Positions 41,253 to 50,978 are shown, numbered from the stretch's first letter. The stretch is 64,000 nt of DNA from Candidatus Poribacteria bacterium (GCA_965205025.1 CBDBFU010000003.1:32001-96000); one strand, 5' to 3'. The notes: generated by a model from the sequence alone, not told the origin. Numbers and translations: made by a program.

Positions 41253-41626
41253 CTTCACTATTATGTAGTTTTCTCGTACGACCGCGTTTCTCAGAAACGG
41301 GTGTTGCAGGCAGTTGGTTTGTGTGAGTTGTCTAAACCACAGATTACACGGATTAGAGTGTTTGGAGAGGGTAAGGAGTAAGATCACAAACTAAAAGTTT
41401 GTGGTACAAAGATGGGTTTTCTGAATCTCGGATTATGCGGATAAGAGTTTTTGTCTGTGAGAATCTTCTTCAATAGAAATGTAAGAATCGGGGATCGGAA
41501 TCCCCTCCCACAGAAGAGTTAATGCTTAAATTGACAATTTTAGTGACAAAAAGTTTACACACCTAATATATAAGGAGAAATCTATGGGAATCATAGATTG
41601 ATTTTGGTGAGGAAACTCCTGATCCT

Positions 41627-41797
41627 ATGGAAGATTCATATAAAGGTGACACTCAACCATTATCACCTGAGGAATTTAAAACACTATTAGATGAGTTAAC
41701 GGACATAAGTATGAAATTTACAAGGTCTGATGTTAAACCATTATCCGATTACGCAGTAAGTCGTGAAGGTATATATGAAGGCCATCCAAAATTATGA
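41627..41797 (+). CDS. Putative antitoxin (56 aa), upstream partner of PIN toxin
   Basis: Ends PLSDYAVSREGIYEGHPKL; ATGA overlap with PIN fragment; below ORF-track cutoff. Confidence 0.65.
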   Translation: MEDSYKGDTQPLSPEEFKTLLDELTDISMKFTRSDVKPLSDYAVSREGIYEGHPKL

Positions 41798-41865
41798 ATT
41801 ATCTGATTGATACCAATTTTTTGTTGCGAATTATAGGTAGTAATGATCCGCGTTATGCGAGGTAG
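41794..41865 (+). pseudogene. Truncated PIN-domain (VapC-like) toxin
   Basis: MNYLIDTNFLLRII N-terminal PIN motif, stops after 23 codons within a tandem repeat. Confidence 0.7.
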
Positions 41866-41909
41866 TAATGATCCGCGTTATGCGAGGTAGTAATGATCCG
41901 CGTTATGCG
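41835..41909 (+). repeat. Perfect 25-bp tandem triplication
   Basis: AGGTAGTAATGATCCGCGTTATGCG x3. Confidence 0.95.
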
Positions 41910-41971
41910 GAATCGGTGGTTCAGACAAATAAAACTCATTACCTAAAAAACAAAATTGTATCAAGAAACAA

Positions 41972-42586
41972 TCAATCTTCTACAGATATTGAAAATATGA
42001 CATTTTCGCTATTTTCTGGTGGATTCATTCGACTTAATGAATTTCTGAATTTCTGTGCCGCCTTTCTGTGTTTAGGATTATCACTGTTTTCAAGTTTAGA
42101 AATATAGTTTTGTAATTCCTCAAAAGAATTAGTTTGGAATGTAGGATTGCCCTTTGTTGGCACTAAATCATTAAAGACAGTAGGTCTTTCTCCCCAATCC
42201 ACATCAACATGCTCATTGACTTTTAACGATCCGTTTTTGATAAGCTCCTCTATGATAGGATTATCTAAATCCTCTTTTATAGTCACTTGTGATTTGGCTA
42301 AGTCCTCATTTGATTTTGGATCAACATCATCTGATCGCTCACGGTTTTCTGTAGCCAAATTCTGTTGGTTACTACCAGGTTGTTGTCGCTGTTTTGCATT
42401 TTTTATATTCTGTCTATTCTGTCGCACAATTTTCATTTCTGCTTGAGTTGGAGCTCTAAACACTTTTTCGGGCGTACTTAATTTCTGTTGCTGAGATATA
42501 CTGTAGGCATATAAACCTAAAGAAACTATCGCAATTAACAACAAAAATATAACGGTAGTTCTTTTTAAAAATTTTTGATTTAGCAT
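41972..42586 (-). CDS. Hypothetical protein with N-terminal TM/signal anchor
   Basis: Hydrophobic N-terminus, polar body, RBS GGAGG. Confidence 0.65.
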   Translation of the reverse strand: MLNQKFLKRTTVIFLLLIAIVSLGLYAYSISQQQKLSTPEKVFRAPTQAEMKIVRQNRQNIKNAKQRQQPGSNQQNLATENRERSDDVDPKSNEDLAKSQVTIKEDLDNPIIEELIKNGSLKVNEHVDVDWGERPTVFNDLVPTKGNPTFQTNSFEELQNYISKLENSDNPKHRKAAQKFRNSLSRMNPPENSENVIFSISVED

Positions 42587-43280
42587 GTGTTATACGCCTC
42601 CACAGTTGTAGAAAATGAAACTAAATTATAGCGTAATTTACAAACCTTTCATTAATTATACTTTAAATATAATCAAAAGTAAACATAAGAGAATAGTGCT
42701 CTTAGCCTTGTATATCGTCGAATCTGCAGTTCAGACAAACCAAAACACATTACCTAAAATACCAACCGTACAAAATACCACTCTTCTCTGTGTAATCCGT
42801 GTAATCCGCGTAATCCGTGATTCTGAAAAAATTTGAAGATAGTCAACACGATTGGCTACAAATAGAAAACATAACAATTGAATAATTTTATGGGAAACAG
42901 ACGACTGGAAACAACTAAACATAGAAACTCATTAAATAACAGAATACACTTGACATCCACATTTAAGCATGTTACTATTTATATAACAATATATGAATGC
43001 AATACTTTACATTGGGTTCCAAAACAATACATTAGAAGGCAAGTAAAAGACACTAAATTATTCATTTTTGCAAATTCTTGTCACCTTAAAAAAGTGGCTG
43101 TAAACCCAGTGTAGTACTGGTGGGATAAGGGATTTACCAATGTCACACCATGTGACAAAAAGTGTAACTTTTTTAAACATTTAGATAGTATAGTTATTAC
43201 AACTGTGAAGTTTGAAAATGAGTAGATTATCCGTGGTTCAGATAAACAAAACGACATAAAAAACACAACGGAGGAATCTT

Positions 43281-43772
43281 ATGTACAAATTCTTTCTACC
43301 TATTATGGTGTTGTGTATACTCATGATCGGTTGTATTCCGGAATCTCCATTAGATTCTGATGATACCGACGATCTAATAAACATCTATACAAAATATTCT
43401 TTGGAAGGAGCTAAGGTAGTTGCTAACGATGGAACTAACACATTTCTTGGAGAAATCACTGGAAAATATAATATCAACTCTATATTCAACAAGTACGGTA
43501 TGTATGGGAGCAAATATAGTGTAACGTCTATATGGAATCCATATAGTATATATGGGAGTGAATATAGCGTATATAGTGCCTTTAATGAGTACACTTTCAA
43601 GCCACCAAAAATAATAAAAAACAACAAAAGAATAGGTTATCTCACCACTAACAATCTTGTTACCGGGGGGTTAGTCCATCCCTTCTTCTGTCGATTTTCT
43701 AACCACAAATCCAGGGTTATTTTCTTCTGTAGGAGGGAACTCCGATTCCCGACTCTTACATTTCTTCTGTAA
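43281..43772 (+). CDS. Lipoprotein with S-I-x-N-x-Y-G-x-Y-G-S repeats; 3' end reads into REP DNA
   Basis: Lipobox LMIGC; SIFNKYGMYGSKYS, SIWNPYSIYGSEYS, PPKI; tail CRRELRFPT is translated REP. Confidence 0.7.
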   Translation: MYKFFLPIMVLCILMIGCIPESPLDSDDTDDLINIYTKYSLEGAKVVANDGTNTFLGEITGKYNINSIFNKYGMYGSKYSVTSIWNPYSIYGSEYSVYSAFNEYTFKPPKIIKNNKRIGYLTTNNLVTGGLVHPFFCRFSNHKSRVIFFCRRELRFPTLTFLL

Positions 43773-43990
43773 GCGGGGATTCCAAACCACGATTTTTCAA
43801 ATTCCTATTCATCCCTTGGTAGGATCGTTTTCAAACAGTGCCGAAGTTCCAGCATTGAAAGAGAATCTTACAAACAATAACCATTCTTTTCCGCGTAATC
43901 CGCGATTAAGAAAATAAAATCATCCGTATACCAAACCCTCTTCTCCACGTAATCCAACGAATTCTCAGCGAATGCCCCAGTGAATGCCCT

Positions 43991-44090
43991 ATGAAGATTA
44001 AATAAATATTTCGGTAATCCATTTCATAAATTATCGTAGAAACGGGGTTTCCCCGTCCGTATATTACTGAATTTAAAAGTTAATCTTGAT
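43991..44090. mobile_element. TIR element copy C (100 bp) inserted in the loop of a GTGAATG..CATTCAC hairpin
   Basis: ATGAAGATTAA..TTCGGTAAT / ATTACTGAA..TTAATCTTGAT; cargo GTAGAAACGGGGTTTCCCCGT. Confidence 0.75.
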
Positions 44091-44099
44091 TAGACATTC

Positions 44100-44540
44100 A
44101 CCCGAACTGTATCCGTTCTAAAGATACATGGGTATCTTCAATATAGAGCTGTCTACGAAATATTTATAGAAGATATATTTGAACCACATTCTTGAGTCCC
44201 ATAGGGACGGAATGTATATAGCAAAGATGCTTGCTTAATATTCTTGAGTCCCGTAGGGACGGAATGTTTATAGATAAACGGGACTGTATCCGTTCTAAAG
44301 ACACATAGGTGTCTTCAATAGACCTGTCTACGAAATGTTTATAGAAGGTCATACGTCTCATGAAAACTCCACCTATATGTTGATATAGACATTCCGTCCC
44401 TACGGGACTCATTCGGTCAATTGATCTGTTTTCTATAGACATTCCGTCCCTACGGGACTCATAACCTATAAACCATAGTCTAATTGACACTAATGAATCA
44501 ACGGTATGAATGCCGTTTAGGCATTCCCAGGGACTCATAA
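44100..44540. repeat. Composite repeat block: ~65-bp direct repeats, four GTCCC(G/A)TAGGGAC REPs in opposed pairs, one 33-bp micro-element
   Basis: ACTGTATCCGTTCTAAAGA..CTGTCTACGAAAT x2; REPs near 44190, 44242, 44384, 44434; micro-element 44496-44528. Confidence 0.8.
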
Positions 44541-44762
44541 ATCTTTATATGATTGTTCCTGTCACACTTAAATCATAATGTAGGTGTATCAATTGGAAAT
44601 GGTATTAATTCACAATTAAAATATCGTCACAAATGGTAAAGACTGCTACAATAGTTGACATAATAGGGTTATCTTCTTTATTTAGATAAATACATTATAG
44701 AGATATCCTATGGATTTATAAAATATATACTATGTAGCAAATTAGATTAGAATAGGTGGATA

Positions 44763-45902
44763 ATGAAAAATCAGAAGATTATCATCATTGGTGGCGGTGT
44801 AATTGGTCTTGGTATCGGGTGGCAACTGGCGAAAGCGGGGGCAGATGTCACCATTCATGAACGAGGACAAGTCGGACGCGGTGCATCATGGGCAGCCGGT
44901 GGTATGCTCGGTCCAATTGCTGAAGCACATATAGACGAACTCGACCTGCTCAAACTCAGTAATCAAAGTTTAGACCGTTACCCAGAATGGGTCGATGAGT
45001 TAGAAACAGAAACAGAAATGCGTATCGGTTACCGCGCAGAGGGTACACTCATTATAGGTATTCAACCAGATGATAAATATCAGCTCGAACATGCATATAA
45101 TTTATATAAAGATTTAGGGTTGCATGTAGAGTGGTTGAGCGGAGATGAAGCACGTAGAATTGAAGGGGCACTATCACCTTATGTGACCGCAGCTATTCGT
45201 TGTGAAACTGATCATCAAGTAGATAACCGACTGATGACACAGGCACTTCAACGTGCTTATGAGGCACGCGGCGGTGTGATACATCATAATAGTCCAGTAA
45301 GGAGAATTACTATAGAAAACGGAACTGTAACAGGAGTTCAAACACAAGAAGGTTTTCAAGGTACAGATGTATGTATTCTTGCCGCAGGATGTTGGTCTGG
45401 TCAGATCGACGGGTTACCGGATTCAATTATTCCTCCCGTTCGTCCCGTAAAAGGTCAGTTGTTGGCGTTACAAATGCGTAAGGATATCATGATCAGTAAC
45501 GTCATCCGTACTGTCAAGGCAAGGTATCCGATGCCAGTATATTTAGTGCCGCGAAAAGATGGAAGACTTGTCATCGGTGCAACAACTGAAGAGATCGGGT
45601 TTGATACGGATCTGAACGTTGGTGGAATATATGAACTCCTCCATGGAGCGTTTGAAGCTGTACCTGGTATTTATGAACTTCCACTCATAGAGACTTGGTC
45701 AGGTTTACGACCCGGTAGTAGCGATAATGCTCCCATACTTGGTAAAACACCTGTCGAAAATCTAATTTATGCAACAGGACACTATCGTAACGGTATCTTA
45801 CTCACACCCATCACAGCCTACGAGATCGCTAACCTTATTCTAACCGGTGAGACTCCAGAGACAATTGCCCCATTTCATTTGGACAGGTTTTCAAAGGAAT
45901 AG
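44763..45902 (+). CDS. thiO: Glycine oxidase
   Basis: IIGGGVIG, ASWAAGGML, PVRPVKGQ, YLVPRKDG, WSGLRP, TGHYRNGILLTP. Confidence 0.92.
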   Translation: MKNQKIIIIGGGVIGLGIGWQLAKAGADVTIHERGQVGRGASWAAGGMLGPIAEAHIDELDLLKLSNQSLDRYPEWVDELETETEMRIGYRAEGTLIIGIQPDDKYQLEHAYNLYKDLGLHVEWLSGDEARRIEGALSPYVTAAIRCETDHQVDNRLMTQALQRAYEARGGVIHHNSPVRRITIENGTVTGVQTQEGFQGTDVCILAAGCWSGQIDGLPDSIIPPVRPVKGQLLALQMRKDIMISNVIRTVKARYPMPVYLVPRKDGRLVIGATTEEIGFDTDLNVGGIYELLHGAFEAVPGIYELPLIETWSGLRPGSSDNAPILGKTPVENLIYATGHYRNGILLTPITAYEIANLILTGETPETIAPFHLDRFSKE

Positions 45903-46055
45903 GATCAATAGAAAAGTTGGTGATGTTAGTGTGAATATAGTATATTAAAAAAGCAAATCGTTTGTTTCGAAATAGTCCATCTTTGATATTTTAGACACAA
46001 ACACCATACACATAGGAACATGTCATGTCTTATCCTAAGAGAATGAAGGTATATT

Positions 46056-48023
46056 CTATCTATAAAATGAATAGACTGCTACTCCCCAGATGAGTCTTAT
46101 GACTACCCAAGCACCACCAACGATAAACTCACCCAAGATTAAGCCTAAAAACAAAGGTAGCACTTTCTGGTAGAGTCGTATTCCTCCGAACCTAAGAATA
46201 AGATTCTTCGCAGCCCAACTAACAAATACTGAAAACCAGAGCCATCCAAATGTCCAGATACTACTCGCTACAGCATATCCAGTCGGATGGAAAGGGAACA
46301 TTGGAAAACGGGTTCTCAACCACCACAGTAAACCAGTAAATAAGAAACCTACCCCCATGAAACCAACCGCTGGTAAGTTCGTTTCACTGGGATAATACAG
46401 CCAAGTTCTAAGTCTGTTATAACCCCCATTACCTAATCCCGGATTCGCACCAATTTCATAAGATACTACTAAATATGACCAAAAGGAAGCGAGAATCCCA
46501 AAAAACACACCACACATCATTGCTATTACCATCCTATTTGTTTTCATGTTTCCCACTTCAGCGAGTTTAAATCCTTCCAATGTATGGGGCATAGGATGGG
46601 CGCGATAGCCTCGATTAAAAGCATAGTATAGAGACATCATTGTTAAACTACGCGGTGGAATCATTCTCGATCCAAATGAATCCATAATAAACTGGCGCGG
46701 ATTAGCAACAAACATCTCATGTGTAGGTGGACCTACCTCCGCCCTAACTCTTGTAATTCCAAGTGCAAGTAGATAATAGATTAAAAAATATATCGCTATC
46801 ATCCAAAATGCCATACCTCCATAACCAGAAAAGATAAATATAAATAGGATTCCGGCTATTAATCCAATTAATGGAAACCAGTAATTATTCGTATCATGCA
46901 TATCAGACGATACTTTTGTTGAAATATCACTATGTGTTCTAAATGTATGTAGTAATTTACTACCAATATTATAGAAATGTTTTCTTCCTCCATATAGTCC
47001 AAAACAGGCAATGGCAAGATATGCCCCTACTCCTTGTGGTCCATCATAAGGAAATCCAGGTAATACTTGAAGTCCCATTGCCCTTCCAAGGATACGCTCT
47101 CCTTTCCAAAACAGATAAAAAAACCAGAGCGAAAAAGACATCTCTAACGGCATCAAAAATGCCAGTCCTACACCAAATGACAAGATATAAATCGGTGTCC
47201 ATCCAATTGCATCCCACGGTTTTTCTGTGAAATACCTACCAAGGTCTGCCTTACGCACCGGTATTTCTGGAAACACTGGAAAGAACGCATGTATACCATT
47301 GATTAGATCAATTCCTCCTGCAATAGCAAATCCAATCCATAACATCTTGTTTTTAAAGAGTCTTCCATCTTGATAAGTCATTTCTATCGGTAAGCGAACT
47401 ATGGGGTAAGTTAACCGTTCTCGTTCTATCCACTGTTTTCGTAACAACAAGTCAATACATATCATTATCCAAATTAACACGGATAATAATATTGTCCACC
47501 AGAAAATAGGTTTCCACCATGCTAAGAGATATTTATTCCTATAAAATGTGGTATCTCCATCATAGAAATCTTGTAATACAGACAGATTGTTAAGTGTCAT
47601 CCAACTCGGTAAATGTCTCCAAAATAGCTGTTGCCACTCATTTTCTGGGGTGGCAAACCAAAACGCATTCGGAATTACCGGTACAACTGTCTGCATCATG
47701 TCATGTCCCGCAATTGCTGATGAGAGTGAAAGAATCACATAAATCGTTAGCAATTCACCTTGACGTAAAGCATATCGAGGGAGTAATGTCCTAAGTAGGA
47801 GATTAAGACCTGTCAATAAAGTAAGGGTTATCACTACATTGTAGATCAAAGACATCGTAGTTGGCAAAGTACTCCAAAATCGAAGATGGTTTGCCATGAT
47901 AAAGTAGGTATTTGGTGGAATGAGTATGATGCCTATAAGGACAGAACGAAAAGTAACACCGTATAACTTTTTATGGTATTCTGTATCTGTTCTATTTATA
48001 TGTTTTTCAGATAAATTTGACAT
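46056..48023 (-). CDS. Multi-pass membrane protein, DUF6785/DUF6784-like putative transporter
   Basis: GELLTIY, RKQWIERERLTYP, RVRAEVG, FPFHPTGY, LRFGG..LY....PLFLGLILGE. Confidence 0.75.
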   Translation of the reverse strand: MSNLSEKHINRTDTEYHKKLYGVTFRSVLIGIILIPPNTYFIMANHLRFWSTLPTTMSLIYNVVITLTLLTGLNLLLRTLLPRYALRQGELLTIYVILSLSSAIAGHDMMQTVVPVIPNAFWFATPENEWQQLFWRHLPSWMTLNNLSVLQDFYDGDTTFYRNKYLLAWWKPIFWWTILLSVLIWIMICIDLLLRKQWIERERLTYPIVRLPIEMTYQDGRLFKNKMLWIGFAIAGGIDLINGIHAFFPVFPEIPVRKADLGRYFTEKPWDAIGWTPIYILSFGVGLAFLMPLEMSFSLWFFYLFWKGERILGRAMGLQVLPGFPYDGPQGVGAYLAIACFGLYGGRKHFYNIGSKLLHTFRTHSDISTKVSSDMHDTNNYWFPLIGLIAGILFIFIFSGYGGMAFWMIAIYFLIYYLLALGITRVRAEVGPPTHEMFVANPRQFIMDSFGSRMIPPRSLTMMSLYYAFNRGYRAHPMPHTLEGFKLAEVGNMKTNRMVIAMMCGVFFGILASFWSYLVVSYEIGANPGLGNGGYNRLRTWLYYPSETNLPAVGFMGVGFLFTGLLWWLRTRFPMFPFHPTGYAVASSIWTFGWLWFSVFVSWAAKNLILRFGGIRLYQKVLPLFLGLILGEFIVGGAWVVIRLIWGVAVYSFYR

Positions 48024-48202
48024 ATACTTAGTATGTGAAAGATGGGGATCTATTATATGATATGTATTGGAATGTGTTGGAAAGTGTTCTTATACTATTT
48101 TCAATTGAAGTCATATATTACAATTTTACACTATTAAGGACCAATTAACTATAGATTTATAGTTCAAATGGGACGAAATGTTTATAGAAATAATTCGTTG
48201 AC

Positions 48203-48985
48203 TTATCTGTCCCAGGAATTAGTCTTTTTGAAAAGCAATAATAGAATTGGAAAAAGTAATAGAGATAGAATTAGATACAAACAGGAATTGTATAACCACA
48301 AATTAGATCTACCAGCATAAAGGATCGAGGATAGACCGGTGAATGAACTAAGAATATCAAGATAATATATATTAAACGGAAAAAATGGCAAGAGCGGGAT
48401 CAGAGTGATAAAAAGAATAATTACATAACTTACACCTTTTGCAGTTGTGATAGGAAAACACAATCCACAGATATAACCAATTATGCTAAAAAGGATGCCA
48501 TTAATTGTAAGTATTATCCCACACTTAGCCAATTGCCATATCGTATATCCTCCAATATAACTTGATAATGAGAATATCGGAATTAGAAACCATACACTCC
48601 ATAATGTCCAAATTACAACAGCAAATATTTTTCCAATTAAGATCTCCATATCCGTAAGTTTGGATAACTTAAGGAATGCGATATTTCCAATACCAACATT
48701 TAGACTATTAACATTATTCTTTTCATGTTGCTCTATACTCAATATTTCAACAGCATGCCGCGGAACAAGAAATGTAATAAATAACATACTAATGATGAAC
48801 AGTGAATATGTCTGATGACCAGGATTAAAACTATCTGCTATCTGGTTTTCAATTCCATACGAATAATACTCTGTAAGACTACTAAAAAAGACTATTATAA
48901 GTAAGACTAATACAGTAAAATGCATCAATCTATATCGGCGTGAATTCGAATATATAGATATGTCCTTAATTATTATTGACAGCAT
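48203..48985 (-). CDS. Membrane protein, ABC-2 permease-like
   Basis: About six TM helices; LSKLTDMEILIGKIFA motif. Confidence 0.6.
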   Translation of the reverse strand: MLSIIIKDISIYSNSRRYRLMHFTVLVLLIIVFFSSLTEYYSYGIENQIADSFNPGHQTYSLFIISMLFITFLVPRHAVEILSIEQHEKNNVNSLNVGIGNIAFLKLSKLTDMEILIGKIFAVVIWTLWSVWFLIPIFSLSSYIGGYTIWQLAKCGIILTINGILFSIIGYICGLCFPITTAKGVSYVIILFITLIPLLPFFPFNIYYLDILSSFTGLSSILYAGRSNLWLYNSCLYLILSLLLFPILLLLFKKTNSWDR

Positions 48986-49117
48986 TTTATTTATACACAG
49001 AAGAAAATTGCTTTTTTACATACCTTAGAACTGACTGTATATTGACTGAATAATATAATGATGTTATTCTAACAATATGTTCTATCTCAATCCCATTAAC
49101 AATTTTAGGAGTTATCT

Positions 49118-50308
49118 ATGTCAAAACTCAATATCGCTTTAATCGGTGCAGGACGTAGAGGTGGGGGTTCCCATCTACCTGTAATTGCGAAACTAAAAGA
49201 TATATATAATCTCGTTGCAATCTGTGATATCAATGAGGAAACCGCAAAACAATATGCCAAACAATACAATGCCAACCCATACACTAATGTACGAGATCTC
49301 GTTGAACACGAGAAAATTGATGTCGTGGATATTACAGTTCCAGGTGTTGCGCATCATTCTATTGCCTGTTTTCTTGCTGATGCTGGGATACATATAATCT
49401 GTGAAACTCCTATTGCTGTAACATTACCAACATCCGATATGATGATTGAAAGTGCGAAAAAGAATAACATTAAACTTGAGGTGGCAGAAAATTACTATAG
49501 AGCACCAAGGGAGAGATTCTTGTCAAAGGTGATTAACGCCGATATCATTGGAGATGTCGCACGTATTTATCGGATCTTCTATGAAGGTGGATATCATGGT
49601 ATGAGTATGCTTCGTTTACGAGCTGGTAGTGAACCAAAATCAGCTCTCGGTATTACCCAATCCTCACCTGTAATTCCAATCATTGACAGAATGAAACGTA
49701 ATCATACAAGTGAAAATTGGAGTTTAGGTTTTATTGAATTTAACAACAATGCTACTGCACTTATGGTCTACTCTAATGTCATACACGCACGTTCTTTAGG
49801 ACGAGGACAAACAGGTATATCACAAATTGATGGAAGTAAAGGGACGATAGTGGGTGACGAAATCTATGTTACTCCTGCGGATGATCTGCAATCAGGTGCT
49901 AAAGGAATACCACATCGGGCAAAACGAACAACAATTGATGTTGACGGAGTTGATGTAATTGATAAAATTGAGCTTGAACTACCTAATCAAACTGTAACTT
50001 GGGAGAATCCACTAAAAAAGTATCCTCTCTCAGAAGGACAAATTGCTGTCGCAGATGAACTCATTAGTATTGCTAAGGCTGTTAATGAAGACATTGAACC
50101 TGAATATGGTTATATCTTGGCAAGGCAAGACCAAGAAATGAACATTGCTATGAATGAATCAGGTAAAAGAAGCAAGGAAACAATTATGTTTCCAATCACT
50201 GACCTAACTGAAACAGAAAAAGGTACACATGAAAATTATGAAAACCAGTATGGACATCCAATAGAAGATATTGAAGCAGGTATTGATACCTTCTTTCCTC
50301 GTAGGTGA
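49118..50308 (+). CDS. Gfo/Idh/MocA family oxidoreductase
   Basis: IALIGAG, VAICD, ICETPIA, VAENY, GGYHG. Confidence 0.9.
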   Translation: MSKLNIALIGAGRRGGGSHLPVIAKLKDIYNLVAICDINEETAKQYAKQYNANPYTNVRDLVEHEKIDVVDITVPGVAHHSIACFLADAGIHIICETPIAVTLPTSDMMIESAKKNNIKLEVAENYYRAPRERFLSKVINADIIGDVARIYRIFYEGGYHGMSMLRLRAGSEPKSALGITQSSPVIPIIDRMKRNHTSENWSLGFIEFNNNATALMVYSNVIHARSLGRGQTGISQIDGSKGTIVGDEIYVTPADDLQSGAKGIPHRAKRTTIDVDGVDVIDKIELELPNQTVTWENPLKKYPLSEGQIAVADELISIAKAVNEDIEPEYGYILARQDQEMNIAMNESGKRSKETIMFPITDLTETEKGTHENYENQYGHPIEDIEAGIDTFFPRR

Positions 50309-50720
50309 GAAATTCTTAAATTTTTGTAGACTTTGAATCTCACCTGGAAGGTTAGTCTACTTATCAAATTACCTTTGTTTTTTGTCAGTAAATCTCGAAA
50401 CCGAATTCAAGACAAATCCATGTGGATATGGGTCTGCTTCTACCTGGACAGTATAATCAAAGTTTAAATTGACACTTATAGTGATATATTATCACGGACC
50501 CAACACATGGTCAAGGGAATCTATACTGGAAGCAGCCTATCCAAACATCAATGTCTATGGTAGTGTATATCATTGCACGGATTAACCGAGATTAGGAAGT
50601 CCTACATACTGATGTTGTAATGGAGAATTCAAGGAAATAAATCTGCGTTACTCTTACACCGAACACACGTTAAAATAGTTGTAAATACACTTTCTATATG
50701 ATATACTTTAATCCAGTTCT

Positions 50721-50744
50721 GTGTATAATTTAAAAACAGGAGGA
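50721..50744 (+). promoter_or_regulatory. -10 box and RBS of the tatAC operon
   Basis: GTGTATAAT followed by AGGAGG before start 50754. Confidence 0.5.
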
Positions 50745-50753
50745 ATTTAGATA

Positions 50754-50978
50754 ATGATTGGCGGAATAGGTGGAATGGAAGTATTTATTCTTCTGGTTCT
50801 TGCACTCGTTATCTTCGGTCCTCAAAAGTTACCTGAAATGGGTAAGACTTTAGGAAAAGCCATTAGAGAATTTAAAAGTGCCGGTGATGAAATAAAACAA
50901 GAAATCACAAAGGTTACTGAAGATATTGATATCGAACCTGAGAAAACTATAAAACCCCCAAATCAACCAAAAGCCTAA
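50754..50978 (+). CDS. tatA: Twin-arginine translocase subunit TatA
   Basis: IFGPQKLPEMGKTLGKAIREFK. Confidence 0.95.
   Translation: MIGGIGGMEVFILLVLALVIFGPQKLPEMGKTLGKAIREFKSAGDEIKQEITKVTEDIDIEPEKTIKPPNQPKA

Noticed and set aside
41835-41909. 25-bp triple repeat as CRISPR
   Set aside because: No spacers; it is a head-to-tail duplication of coding sequence.
44164-44538. 124-aa minus-strand ORF (also 7107-7304, 38896-39105, 27536-27727, 41868-42107, 32121-32330)
   Set aside because: These are translations of REP/MITE DNA (e.g. SRRDGMSIE, SLRDS), not credible genes.
33500-44600. Integron cassette array
   Set aside because: No integrase and no RYYYAAC..GTTRRRY attC structures recognised after the stops.
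44580-44762. TPP riboswitch upstream of thiO
   Set aside because: No CTGAGA / AACCTGA core visible.
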